Source: the human T2T-CHM13v2.0 reference genome, Homo sapiens. Taken from it: DNA of 64,000 nucleotides. Position numbers and translations under genes: made by a program. This document shows, piece after piece, positions 13,293 to 26,639 of the stretch (within the stretch, counting starts at the first letter, position 1; each line of letters starts with the position of its first letter). Location of the stretch: the NCBI RefSeq assembly GCF_009914755.1, contig NC_060936.1. One strand, 5' to 3'. The notes below the pieces were generated by a model. It saw nothing but the letters and a program-made list of their open reading frames with translations, had not been told where the DNA came from and ran no database searches.

Positions 13293-15448
13293 CTGCAGAA
13301 AAGAGCGAAGAAATTAAAATGGTTCAGGAAGAACCTGTGGACACTTCTGAGCCCTACAGTGTACAACGACTTCCATATTCCCACAGAATCTCCTCTGTTC
13401 CACCTGAACTTGAGATCCCATGGACCATTCCACATCCAAGTGAGATGTCATTGTTTAACATCTGTCCCCAAATAGCATGCCCCCCACCTTCAAAACACAC
13501 ACATAGCCGACTTCCTTTGATTCTAGAAACCAAAGCTTTAGCCCATCCTAGGATATGAAAAAATATACTCGTTGTTCTAGGCCATCCACACAACCACTCA
13601 AAGCTGATTTCTTTTCAACCTACATCTTTAGCAACATGAATACTTAATTATAATCCAAGCCTTCTTACAAGTGTCTCCAAGAACAAATGTTACTAAAATG
13701 TAGACGCTAACCTGTGTTTGTACATGTTCTGTTGAAGATAAATGCTTTACAGTACATATTCTAACAGAATGTAAATTGCATGAGTTTTAAAACATGTTTG
13801 ATATGTTGGGCCCTAACGAAGAGAGAAAAAATTGGAGCAAAAACATTGTAGAAAGATGAATAAAGATTCAAAACCCCAGCTTTATCTAGCAGAACAAATT
13901 ATTTGGGAGTAGCAGACAGGGGTCTCCACGGTGTCAGGCCTAGGAAAAGACATTCACTCATTCCTCCAGCAGACATAGGGTGAGCACCTCTCATGTGCCA
14001 GGTACTGGCCAGGCTCTGTGCCCAGCCCCAAGCACACACCACAAGTCTGTAGTAGAGCAGTGGCCCCCCACACACAAATTCCTACACTACCATGCCAAAT
14101 TTCCAGGCTCTGCTGGTAACATCACCTTTTTGCCAGTGTCCCGGAAAGTGGCACGGCCTGCCAGCCCACAGGTGAAATCAAGTGACCGTGTGGTGGAGAC
14201 CAATATGGGCCAGGACCATCTCCTCTTTGGACTCTCAGCCTTGGAGGCACCTGGCCTTCAGCACTCCCAGTAAAGCTGACAAGGCGGCAGCGCCCTGAGC
14301 CTGGGAAGTGTCCCCCTGCGGCTTGATACCAGGTGATGCCACCAGCCTGCTGTGGGACTTCTGTCCACACACTGCTTGCAGCTTCAGCGTGCACCGTGGC
14401 AGCTGCCCCTGCCCGTGTGCCAGCAAAGGAGGTGGGGAGAGGGCTCGAAGCTCTCATGCCCTTTTGGCACAGAACCCCAAGCCAGCATCAGAATCACCCA
14501 GTCCTTTGCTCCCTACAGTCTCTGTTTCAGCATAAAGAGTGTGCGCAGGTAGAGTCTTACTAGGAAGTTAATTCCTCCTTCCCGTGATCCACAAGATTTA
14601 TTGCTTCAATCCTTGGTTAACAGTGCATGAGTGACATACTTTCTAGTTTCCTGTGTTTGCTAGAAAACTCACCCCAGGCAGTGTTCATTCTTGTTTGTAC
14701 AGATGGTGGCGGCAGGATCTGACTCTAGCAGCTGTGACCATAGCCCCTCCCCAGCGAATTTACGTTCTCAAGTTTAAGCTCCCAGAAGGCTTGATTAGTG
14801 TCAGGGAGTGGTGTTGAATAGATCTGGATTTTAATAAATGCTCCCTACTTATGAGCAGGACTTCAGAGGGCTCAGAGCTCACCCTGAGGACTCCTTCTCA
14901 CCTCCCCAAAGGCCAGTTTCCCAGAGGCAAGTCCAGTGAGAAGCCAGGGTGAGAGCAACGAGCACCTTCCCTCCCCATTATGACAGCCACACCCTGCCAC
15001 CTTGACTATGGCCCCCACGACGTTCATGTTACCTGAGGGCCCTGGGTTCCATCTCACTTTCCTCTCCTGAGTCCCCACCTCCAGTATATGGACACCTGTG
15101 CTCAGACTAGTCATGACCTACAAGGACAATAAGTGACCATACCCCCACCTTCAGTGAGAAAAGCAAAAACCTGTTAGGACTTAAAAACCTATTAAGAGCA
15201 AAAACACTGTGGAGGAATATATGTGGAGGAAGCAGTCTAGTCCATCCCTAAAGAAAAAGAAGCAAACCCTAGGAACAAACAAAACAATAAACTACATTAA
15301 ATAATGAATTAAATAAATAAACAAATAAAATAAACTCAGTCTCTCAACTCATGTGGCTAGGACTTTTTACCCAAAACCTAGTCTCTAAGCTGGCCCCTGG
15401 AGAAGCAATAAGATTCATCACTTCAAACAACCCAGGAATCTGTTTTAC

Positions 15449-15584
15449 CAAATCTGGCAGTGCTCAGGGTCACTGGGATTCAAGGTGACTTTCTTTCCTG
15501 AGGCAAAACGCCGGCCAGCCACCTCACACACTGGACAGTCTTCAGGGTCAACGCAGGTCTGCAAAAGCTCATCCAGGATTTTCC
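15449..15584 (-). CDS. VWF: VWF exon 27 (136 nt): [44 protein letters not shown]
   Basis: manual translation; gcag|GGA, TTG|gtaaaa. Confidence 0.96.
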
Positions 15585-15892
15585 CTGCAAAAGAAAGCTC
15601 TCATTAGGAACCAAAACGCTCCCCTTTCCCACGAGGAAGCCTCATTTTTAACTAAAAGGGAGGAGCCAACTCCTCCTCCTGCCCTAGAAGCCAACTCCTC
15701 CTGCCTGCACTCCCAGGGGTCACCCCATCACTCAAGGAGCATCTCTCCTGCTTGTGCCTTGATTGATCCCTCTGCAAAACTGGGAGCGGGGATTCCTTCA
15801 CCCTACCTCACCTCCCCAAGCCTCAGGACAAATGAAATCTTATCTCCGGGGCTCTTTCTGCTCTTCTGAATAACACCTTCAGTAACTCTAGA

Positions 15893-16053
15893 GCTGTGCT
15901 GTACCATAGGATCGTCACAAACTGCGTGTGGCTATTTACGTTAAATTAAGTAAAATTCAATAAAATTCAAAACTTCAGTTCCTCAGACACACTCGTCACA
16001 GTTACATTCAATACAACATTCCCCCACTGCAGAAAGTTCTATCGGCAGGGGCT
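15893..16053. mobile_element. hAT-Charlie MITE (MER3/MER33-like)
   Basis: gtggctattta..aaattcaaaacttcagttcctcag...gcagaaagttctat resembles the MER3 consensus. Confidence 0.6.
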
Positions 16054-16288
16054 GCTTTAGGTGAGAATCCCATAAATAGGCACAGAAAAGCATTTTGGAG
16101 GAGCTCGACTTGAGAAAAATCACGACTGTCCTGACTCTGATGAAAGAACCCACGGAACCTGCAGCAGCCTTGCAGGTCAGAGATAGGACGTGGCAGGTGG
16201 AGGCTGAGATGAAGCAAGACCTAGAAGCACCTTTCCATCCATCCCTATCCCATCCCACCAGCCTGACCCCCAGGGATAGAGGCCTCAC

Positions 16289-16447
16289 CTGGAGGGCAGT
16301 GGGCATGGCAGCCCTCCACACACTGCACAGGGCAGGCCAGTGGCTCAGGGTGCTGACACGTGACTTGACAGGCAGGTGCACAGCTGTTATAGCGCCACTC
16401 ACACTCATACCCGTTCTCCCGGAGATTCCTCTCCTCGCAGCTCTGGG
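16289..16447 (-). CDS. VWF: VWF exon 26 (159 nt): [30 protein letters not shown]...HCPP
   Basis: translation; acag|CCC, CAG|gtgagg. Confidence 0.97.
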
Positions 16448-16635
16448 CTGTGTAGACAGGAGACAAGGCTGTGGCCACAACAGGCAAAGCCTCCAGGACT
16501 GCAGACCCATGTGGTGATGGCCTGCGCCATCTGGAGATAATGTTGGGGAACTAGGGGACTATGGGCGTCACCAATATTAGAGACTTCTGGATTGTTGAAG
16601 CACCTAAACCAGAATCTATTGGTTCTGAATTCATT

Positions 16636-16770
16636 TCTTTTTTTAATTTTTGTACAGATGGGGTCTTGCTATGTTGCCCAGGCTGGTCTTGAACTCCTGG
16701 GCTCAAGGAATCCTCTGGCCTCAGCCTCCCAAAACACAGGGATTACAGGTATGAGTCACTGTGCCCGGCC
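16636..16770 (-). mobile_element. Alu monomer (FLAM/AluJ left arm)
   Basis: single Alu arm ending gcccggcc. Confidence 0.85.
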
Positions 16771-17179
16771 CAGTTTTCTACATAAAAACATTAAGTTGCT
16801 TCTGTCCAAAGAAGCAAGATTCTATAGACATGAATGTATGAGTTGATCACTCATATTGGCAAATATAATCACGCCTAATTAAAGACATAAATCGACTTCC
16901 TTCTTTTCATCAGTATTCCCTCTTCTCCCCTGCCAGAATCTCTCCAGAAGAAAAGTCTCCACATGTTCATGCCTTGAATCCATGTCCCACCTCACCCGTA
17001 ATATAAACTTCTTACACAGCCAATGTCTTAACCCTCCTTAGCCCTTGGCCATCCAGTCCCTACTAACACTCTGTCTTCTCTCGCCCATGAAGATATCCCC
17101 CTGCACTCACAAGGTCTTCAAGCATAGACACATGGGAAGAAGGGAGGGCATCTGAGAACATGAGGGCGTCAGTACTCAC

Positions 17180-17336
17180 GGCACAATGTGGCCGTCCTCC
17201 AGGTCACCACCTTGCCATGCTGGGCACACACGTGGGCATAGGCAGCAATGGTGTCGCAGAAGCAGGCGCAGTCCCCAATGGACTCACAGGAGCAGGTGTC
17301 GTAAATGCAGACATCCAGATATGGCTCGGGGTCCAC
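17180..17336 (-). CDS. VWF: VWF exon 25 (157 nt): [52 protein letters not shown]
   Basis: manual translation; gcag|GTG, GCC|gtgagt. Confidence 0.96.
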
Positions 17337-18290
17337 CTGCAAAGGCAGCCTCAGGTGGCCCAGGCCTATGGCCAGGTGTCAGGAACTCTGGCTCTTAGTC
17401 TGGGTGCAAATGTTCTGATGGTCAATTTAAGGATAAGGGGGTCCAGGTAGAAGGAGAAATGTAGCTCAATGGTCTCAAAGAGGGAATGAGTGGGAAGGCA
17501 AGATTCTTAGTTTCTAATCTGCATTCCAGCAAGAAGAGTTGAATAATGCAGTGCTGCTGGCCTTCTGCAGAACACAATGAGCCTGAGGATTTTCCAGAAG
17601 AACATTCCCTCTGTCCCTCTGCCTACCTCCCTGCTCAGCCACCCATCTGTCCTCACAACCCACTCTTAGCCTCATGAGCATGTGGGTGCTTTTACAAAAA
17701 CACAAACACACATATGTGCTGGTCACTGTCTTTCTTTGCCTCAATTCAGCAAAGAGAATGGGGAAATACATCAGGCCCTGCAGCTGCCTCACTGCAGTGC
17801 TATGGGGCAGGTATGCAGGACAATAGGGCCTAGACTCTGATTCCAAATCCAGTTCAACCAGTTCCAACCCTTCCTCATCCCCAAAACACGCCTCTAAACA
17901 CACTGGACTTTTTCAGGGCAGTTATGACAGAAAATGAATTCAGACACTGAGTGGGTCATTGTTTCCAAGACGTTCCAACAGTCTCAATGTCCCCAACTCC
18001 TCCCCTGTCCTCACTCTTCCAACTCAGATGCCCAGGATTTCCACCAAACCAGGGAATGTAAGTATCCTTTGGAGTCCTCAGAGACCGAAAATCACTGCAT
18101 AGATAGAAAGAGAATTGAGATCCATGTTTTCAACCAGTCTCTCCCACATTGGTGGTGTTACACAGCAGCATGTATGTGTGCATGGCTGTGTGTGTACACA
18201 GACTTCTGTAGTCACATATGTCCATGTACAAGCCCATGTCCACATGTGTGTACACACATACATGCAGCAGATAAGAGACAACTGCACTAT

Positions 18291-18655
<365 letters not shown>

Positions 18656-19127
18656 TCATAATACGAGGACTCAAAATCACCAAAATTAAGGCCAGAAAAG
18701 AATTTCTGTGAGACAAGAAATGGGCACCAAGGGGTTTTAGGGGGTGGGAGAGGAAGGTCTTTTGGTCTGGACAAATGCAGCAGTGACAGGAAAAGGAAAT
18801 CTCTGGCTCTGGTGTTGAAAACAAGATACTTCAATAAGAGAACAAATCCTAAGACTGGGGCTGAAAGAGAAGCATTGGCACATGCCAAGGGGAGTTACTT
18901 CTCATGCAGAAGGAAATGTTTTGCCAGGCATTGCTTCCCCTAGAAACTGTTGATTTTACTTTTTGTTTCCCAGATTGAAAGCCAAGAAAAAAAGCCGAAG
19001 TGGTGTCTTGGTGCAGATCATGTCAAGACACGAGGGTAGTGTCCACGTTAGAAGGTCACACTCTGTGTCCATACCACCAGGCCAAGCCTTGGGACCGTCT
19101 GCTTCCCACTACCCTCAAGGTCCTCAC

Positions 19128-19241
19128 CAGCTTGTTGCAGTCCTGGAAGACGTCACTGGTAAGGATTCTACAGGAGGAATCCACCATCGTCTGCTTCATG
19201 ATGTTGTTATGGCAGGTGGCAGGGGATGAGTCCAGAGGCAC
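19128..19241 (-). CDS. VWF: VWF exon 24 (114 nt): [38 protein letters not shown]
   Basis: translation; ccag|GTG, CTG|gtgagg. Confidence 0.97.
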
Positions 19242-19453
19242 CTGGGAACCAGGCAAGAGATAGGCCAGCCGTCAGCTGGTCAAACTGGGGTTATTCAGCC
19301 CAGAAGGATCCAAGAGACCCTCCTTCCCACCCTGCAGCCACCTGGAGGTCATACCACCCACAACCCCCCTTCCAGCCCCCATGACAATGGGGACAGAGGG
19401 ACATTCCAGGAAGCAAGCTCTAGGGCTCTGTCCACACAGAGACCCAGACGTAC

Positions 19454-19594
19454 TTTTCTGGTGTCAGCACACTGCGAGCTCACTTTCCAGGAGTTCCCAA
19501 AGTCCACAGGGTCTTCCTCCACTTGGAGGTTGCTGCTGGTGAGGTCATTGTTCTGGATGCCATCAAAATTCCCACACAGGCCACACACTTTCTC
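19454..19594 (-). CDS. VWF: VWF exon 23 (141 nt), D3 with CGLC motif: [17 protein letters not shown]...ADTRK
   Basis: translation; caag|GAG, AAA|gtacgt. Confidence 0.97.
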
Positions 19595-20216
19595 CTTGAG
19601 AGACAAGTTGAGGGATGAGCACCGTCAAGCCCAGGAGCATGCTCTCCGGCTCAGGGGAAAGGGGAACATTCCTGGCGGCAATGGAGGCAGAGGGCATTCG
19701 AGGAAGAGGAGGAGGAGCGGGACAGAGACTCAGAGGAGGCCCGAGGTGAGCAGCAAAGCCTTGCCATTGCCAAGACCCATTCCTGAGCTTCCTTGCTGGC
19801 CCCATTTTATTTAAAGCTATGGAAACAGAGAGGCAACATGCCCATGTCACATAGTCAGCCAAGGGCAGAGGTGGGAATCAGGCAGCCTTGGCCCTGAGAT
19901 CACTGGTGGGAACTATCACTGTCCCCAACAAGCATAGAAGCAGAGAGAGGAGCCAGGTACACTGCTCCACCAATGGAGGTGTAGGGGTCCAAGGAGGGAA
20001 AGTTATAGAACTGCCTGCCTCTGGGAAGGTGAGTCCCCTTGCCTGGAGAAGTGCAGCCTGTTCAGAGTAGGCTGGGCAGAATTCTGCTCTCTCATAAATG
20101 TAATCAGGAAGATATGTCTCACCTGTCTCCATGTTCACCCATCATGGAGTGCAACATGCAACAAGTTCTGAAAAAGTAGTTACGAATGAGTGAGAAACAA
20201 GTGAAAACTACACAAA

Positions 20217-20475
20217 GAGGAGGGATAAGTTCTAGTGTTCGGTAGCACCACAGGGTGACTATAATTATCAACAGTTTATTGTATATTTTCAAGTAGCTGG
20301 AAGAGCAGACTTTGAATGTTCCCAACACAAAGAAATGGTAAATGTTTGAGGGAACAGATATAGTAACTACCCTGATTTGATCACTACACACTGTATACAT
20401 GTACTGAAATATCACACTGTCACCAGTAAATACATACAGTTAAATGTCAACTAAAAATAATAATAAAACAAAAAA
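20217..20475 (+). mobile_element. 5'-truncated L1MA 3' end with TSD aaaactaca(c/g)aaa
   Basis: L1MA 3'UTR-like sequence, A-rich tail, 13-bp TSD with 1 mismatch. Confidence 0.8.
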
Positions 20476-21019
20476 ACTACAGAAAAAACTGGAAATATTT
20501 GGCCTGGAGAAGAAAAGGTGCTATACTTTTACAATATACTTAGAGCCCTGATGTTGAGACAAAGAGAAAAAATGTATTCTATCTTGCTTCAATAAGCTGC
20601 ATTCAGCTTGGTACAAGGGGTGTAAGTCACCAGGAAACATAGAGGAAGAATGTTCTCACTGTTGGGCAAAAGGCCAACGATCTTCCCATGGCCTAGTAGC
20701 CCCCATGGTATGGCTACTGCCCCTCCCTGCCCTCGTGAACTACCATTACCCCCAAGTCCCTCCTCTGTAGCCACACTGACCTCCTTGTACAACGGCTGCA
20801 GACACCTACCACCTTAAGGCCTCGGCACGTGCTTGTTCCGTCTGCCTAAACTCTCTCCCCTAGATACTGGCATGACTCATTCCCTCCCTTCCCCAAAGAT
20901 TCTGCTCTTACATCCCCTCTTCACAGGGCTCATCAGCCCAAACTATCTATAGTAACATTCCCGCTAGGATATAATCTGCACCAGGATTATGGAAGGCAAA
21001 ACAGTGGCTCCCATGGGAT

Positions 21020-21386
21020 GAAGAGTTTAACCTGGATTATCTGTGTGGGCTGAATGTCATCACAGGGTCTGATCAGAGGGAGGCAGGAGGGTCAGAGTTC
21101 AAAAGGTGCTGTGACAGACAGAAGCAGAAAAGGAGAAAAAAAGTAGAAGATGCTACATTGCCAGCGTTGAATATGGAGGATGGGGCCACAAGCCAAGAAT
21201 GCAGGCAGCCTCCGGAATGTAAAAAAGGCAAGAAAAGGGACCTCTCTCAGAGCCTCTAAGATGAATGCAGCCCTGCCCACCAATTTTAGCTTTCCGACCT
21301 CTAGAACCATATGATAATAAATGTGTTGTTTTAAGCTATCAAGTTTTTGGTGATTTGTTATAGCAGCAATAAAAAAACAAATACAT
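21020..21386 (+). mobile_element. MaLR LTR (MLT1-like), followed by (CA)n at 21398-21431
   Basis: ggccacaagccaagaatgcaggcagcct...aataaatgtgttgttttaagc..ttgttatagcagcaata..aataca. Confidence 0.8.
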
Positions 21387-21391
21387 GGAAG

Positions 21392-21433
<42 letters not shown>

Positions 21434-21931
21434 CTAAACAAAAAAACTTTTTTCCCCTGCTGTATCCACAGCGCCTAGGACCACGTTTGACACATACAGG
21501 AACTCAGTATTTGTTGAATAAATGAATGAATGAATTGTTAATGCTTTCTGGGACTGAGATGGGCTGCCACAGAGAAGTGAGGGCAGTGCTGCCTCACTGG
21601 CTTGTACAAGCTGAAAATGGATGGTGTTATCAGGGATGCTGTGGAGGCCATTCCTGCCTGACTAAACCAGTGGCTAGAGTAGCCAGAGCCACTTGTCACA
21701 TACATGCCACTTAAAGAAATCATGCAAGTTCCAACAAACTGTTGGACCCTAAATAGTGGAACCGTTCTCAAAAGTTGGTTATTAGCAATTTTACAAATAG
21801 CTCTCAAAACATGCTGGCCCATGACTCAATGATAAGGAAACACCCTAGAATAGTCTGCAGTGTTATACTAATATTGTGCATGATTGGTTTGCTGCTGTAG
21901 GTTAAGAAACCTAAAGAAAAGTTGATATTGT

Positions 21932-22823
21932 CATTCAGATTCAAGAAATACAGAGAACACCACAAAGATACTCCTCAAGAAGAGCAACCCCAAGACACAT
22001 AATTGTCAGATTTACCAGGTTGAAATGAAGGAAAAAGTGTTAAGGGCAGCCAGAGAGAAATGTCGAGTTACTCACAAAGGGAAGCCCATCAGACTAATAG
22101 CAGATCTCTTGGCAGAAACCCTACAAGCCAGAAGAGAGGGGGGGACCAATATTCAACATTCTTAAAGAAAAGAATTTTCAACTTAGAATTTCATATCCAC
22201 CCAAACTAAGCTTCATAAGTGAAAGAGAAATAAAATCCTTTACAGACAAGCAAATGCTGAGAGATTTTGTCACCACCAGACCTGCCTTACAAGAGCTCCT
22301 GAAGGAAGCACTAAACATGGAAAGAAACAACCAGTACCAGCCACTGCAAAAACATGCCAAATTGTAAAGACCATCGATGCTACGAAGAAACGGTATCAAT
22401 TAATGGGCAAAATAACCAGCGAACATCATAATGACAGGATCAAATTCACACATGACAATATTAACCTTAAATGTAAATGGGCTAAATGCCCCAATTAAAA
22501 GGCACAGACTGGCCAATTGGATAAAGAGTCAAGACCCATCAGTGTGCTGTATTCAGGAGACCCATCTCACGTGCAGAGACATACATAGGCTCAAAATAAA
22601 GGGAGGGAGGAAGGTCTACCAAGCAAATGGAAGGCAAAAAAAAAAAAGCAGGGGTTGCAATCCTAGTATCTGATAAAACAGTCTTTGAACCAACAAAGAT
22701 CAAAAGAAGGCCATTACATAATGGTAAAGGGATCAATTCAACAAGAAGAGCTAACTATCCTAAATATATATGCACCCAACACAGGAGCACCTGGATTCAT
22801 AAAGCAAGTCCTTAGAGACCTAC
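21932..22823 (+). mobile_element. L1PA internal fragment (ORF1 3' half, inter-ORF spacer, ORF2 endonuclease N-terminus)
   Basis: ORF2 start MTGSNSHMTILTLNVNGLNAPIKRHRLANWIKSQDPSVCCIQETH at 22431; frameshifted; no 5'UTR, 3'UTR or poly-A. Confidence 0.95.
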
Positions 22824-22889
22824 GATCAGGGAGCAGAAAACACTCCAAAGGCCAAGTCCCCAACAAGATGAAGCAAGAAAGCCACTGAC

Positions 22890-23036
22890 CTGGTATGTCT
22901 GCTTCAGGACCACGGAGATGCTCAGGTGGCGGTCCCAGACCACGGAGAGGGCTTTGCCCAGCAGCAGAATGATGTACCGGCCAGACTCCACCACCTCAAA
23001 GTGAGTCTCATCCTTCATGGGCCTCTTCACATTCAC
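22890..23036 (-). CDS. VWF: VWF exon 22 (147 nt): [21 protein letters not shown]...KQTYQ
   Basis: translation; ccag|GTG, CAG|gtcagt. Confidence 0.97.
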
Positions 23037-24293
23037 CTGGAGGAAGACAAAGCAAGAAATCCAGGAGGATGAAGGGCAGGCTCGACAGCCAGATCCTCCC
23101 TCCACTCTACACCTGCCCATCTGTCTTCAGTGCCCACGAGTGCAGGCACTGCCACCCCTCCAGGACCCCACCTGCCACTGCACCCCTGCAGGGCCAGCCC
23201 CACGCCAGGACATGTCTGTGACCATCTCACCACCACCACTCTCCAGGCATCCATGACCAAGAGACGGTAACAGAGGTAGCAGCAAAATCATGATTATGAA
23301 ATTAAAGTACTATGAAACCAATGAGCAGGTATTTTATTGACAATTAGTCATTAAATATAGTGGTCTCCTAGATAGGTTTTCAACATGGCAATGATTTTAA
23401 GCATCTCTAGTTGATTGTTTAAAAATCTATTCCTCTATAAAAATAAGCAGTAGACTCTCACCTTTCTTGTATCCCACCACCTCCCCCTCCCCAGAGCCAC
23501 TGTCATCAGGAGACAGAGCTGAAGAAAAAGGAAACTGAGGTGCTCAGTGCTAGTGCTGGGAATCACACACTGCAGGTTCAAGAAGGGCTCTGACCTGAGC
23601 CTCTGACTTAGCCCAATCCCTGCCAGTGCTGTACCCTGGAGGCCCATTTCAGCATGTGTGGCGGACTCTCCAATTCATCAGACTGAGGCTGAGGCTGAGA
23701 ACTGCCATCATCCCTTTGCAGAGGTCCTCTCATTAGTAACATATCACATGCAGTGCAGAGCTAATCACATGTGCAAATCTATCCCTCACATGTCTGCACA
23801 CCTCCTGTTCAGCATCATCACCGCCACTCTGCCCTAAATAGAGCTGTTCTTTGAAATGCAGTTGACACTGCTGACTCACAGTTAATACGTTATGCTTGCT
23901 AAGCAGTTTTCTTCCATAATGGTGAAGAATTCACCTCCCATCCCCTGCTGTCAATGGTGGGTATTTGGAAGAAGGCAGAGCTGCAGGCTGAGGCCATGGG
24001 AGAAAATGAAGATACCAGGACAAGTTTGTGCCCAGAGCCTGGGTCTCCACAGCACTCCACATAGTCAAAGCAGCGGATCCAAAACTGTGGCCTGGGGATG
24101 ACCTGCAACTTTAAACACAGGTTCCTGGGCCCCACCCAGACCTACTGAGTCAGAATCTCAGCATGGAGTTCTAGGAGCCACATTTTAAACAAGATCTCCT
24201 AAGGGAGTCTTGTGTACACTTATGAGAACTACTTTTTAAGTTCTTAGTACACAGGGGACTGAATTAGTTTACTCCTCTTTTGAGCTCCTTTCT

Positions 24294-24589
<296 letters not shown>

Positions 24590-24991
24590 GTATTTATCTG
24601 AAAAGAACAGAAAAACATATGAAACATATCCCATAACATCATCACTTCATACACACACACACACACAAAGAAACCCGGCTACCCTCCAGTCCCCACCCTA
24701 CTCTAGAGGTGAGCACTGGTTCTTCCCACGTTTGTGCAGACACATGTGCACATCCTTCACACACACTCTGCACTGTCGCTAAAATGGGATTGTGTCATCC
24801 CTATTGTTCTGCCACTTGTTCTTCTCATAAAATAATACGTCACGGTCAGTTGCAATAGCTCTGCCTCATCCTCTTTAATGGCTGTGCGTTATTCCATTCA
24901 CACGAGCTCTAAATGAATGCTTGGAAAATGTTCCTATTAAGTGGCAGAAGCACAAAGCGGGACATGAGGGTGGAGATGAGGCTGCACTTAC

Positions 24992-25126
24992 CTCCCCGTC
25001 AAACAGCTCAATCTCTCCTCCCTCCACCAGGATGGTGACCCGTTTCTTGCATTTCACTGAGGGGTGGCTGCATCCCTTATTCCCCACTAGGATCCGAAAG
25101 GTCCCAGGGTTACTGCCGCAGTAATC
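24992..25126 (-). CDS. VWF: VWF exon 21 (135 nt): [45 protein letters not shown]
   Basis: translation; ccag|GAT, GAG|gtaagt. Confidence 0.97.
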
Positions 25127-25733
25127 CTGGGGAAAGAGGAGTGCCAGGAGAAGACCATTATCCCCACTGGCTCTCACCAGACCAGAAGATTGGCATCTCT
25201 TCATCACAGGCCTTTGAGTACGTGTCACAGGATCTTGCCACGTCCATGGCTGCGCATATGTGCCTCTGTGTGTGTCTGGGGGACGGGGGATATGCCCAGG
25301 TGAATGCCCTCAGGTGTGTCAACCTCGCCCACGACAGATGAGCCAGGTGCCTGCAGTGAGTGGGGTGGGGGTGGGGAAGGAGGGGGAGGGAAGGAAGGTG
25401 ACATGTGGCCTGCTTCGATGGATGCATCAGGCTCAAAGGCCTTGCCTAGAGCCCATTAGAGTCCCACTGGAGCCTTGCCTAGAGTCCCACCCAGGTAACT
25501 GGGACAGTTTGACCACAGGGCACTTTGTGGCTCTGAATTCTGGTTGAATCCCTCTGCACTGCTGGCCCAGAAATGGAACCAAAGATGGTTTGACACAGCT
25601 CCATGGGTCCTGAGCTACCAAGTCGAGATGAGTAGAGAGGATAAGGAGCTCTGGTCCTTGTTGGTCAATTGCATAGAAAATTAAGCAAAAGGGGACACAT
25701 TCCTGGCAAATGCCTCCCCCATGGTGGCTATTA

Positions 25734-26260
<527 letters not shown>

Positions 26261-26271
26261 TTACCTTTCTG

Positions 26272-26639
26272 ACACACACACCCACACACACACATACACC
26301 CAAATACACACAGGCACATGCATACACTCAAACACACATATACATACATCTATGTACTCATACACACACTCACACACGTGCTCACACATACACAGATGCA
26401 CACACATACACCCATGTACTCATACACACACACACACGCATACACATACATACACACACGTAGCCATACACACACACGCGCTCACGCATACACACACATA
26501 CACCCATGTACTCATACACAGTCACACACACGCACATGCATACACCCACACACACGCACATGCATACACCCACACAGACATGCTCATGTATACACACATG
26601 CACACATACATGCATACATATGTCCATACAACACACACA
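26272..26639. repeat. long compound (CA/TA/CG) purine-pyrimidine microsatellite inside a MIR-like relic
   Basis: direct reading; His/Thr-rich spurious ORFs. Confidence 0.95.

Noticed and set aside
15664-15705. Short direct repeats here and at ~25440-25490, ~28874-28910 and ~47359-47390
   Set aside because: Two-copy slippage duplications with no spacer architecture; not CRISPR-like and no evidence of function
18168-18265. 13-bp perfect inverted repeat (gcatgtatgtgtg / cacacatacatgc) as a pre-miRNA
   Set aside because: Low-complexity TG/CA sequence makes such pairing likely by chance, and the interior pairs poorly
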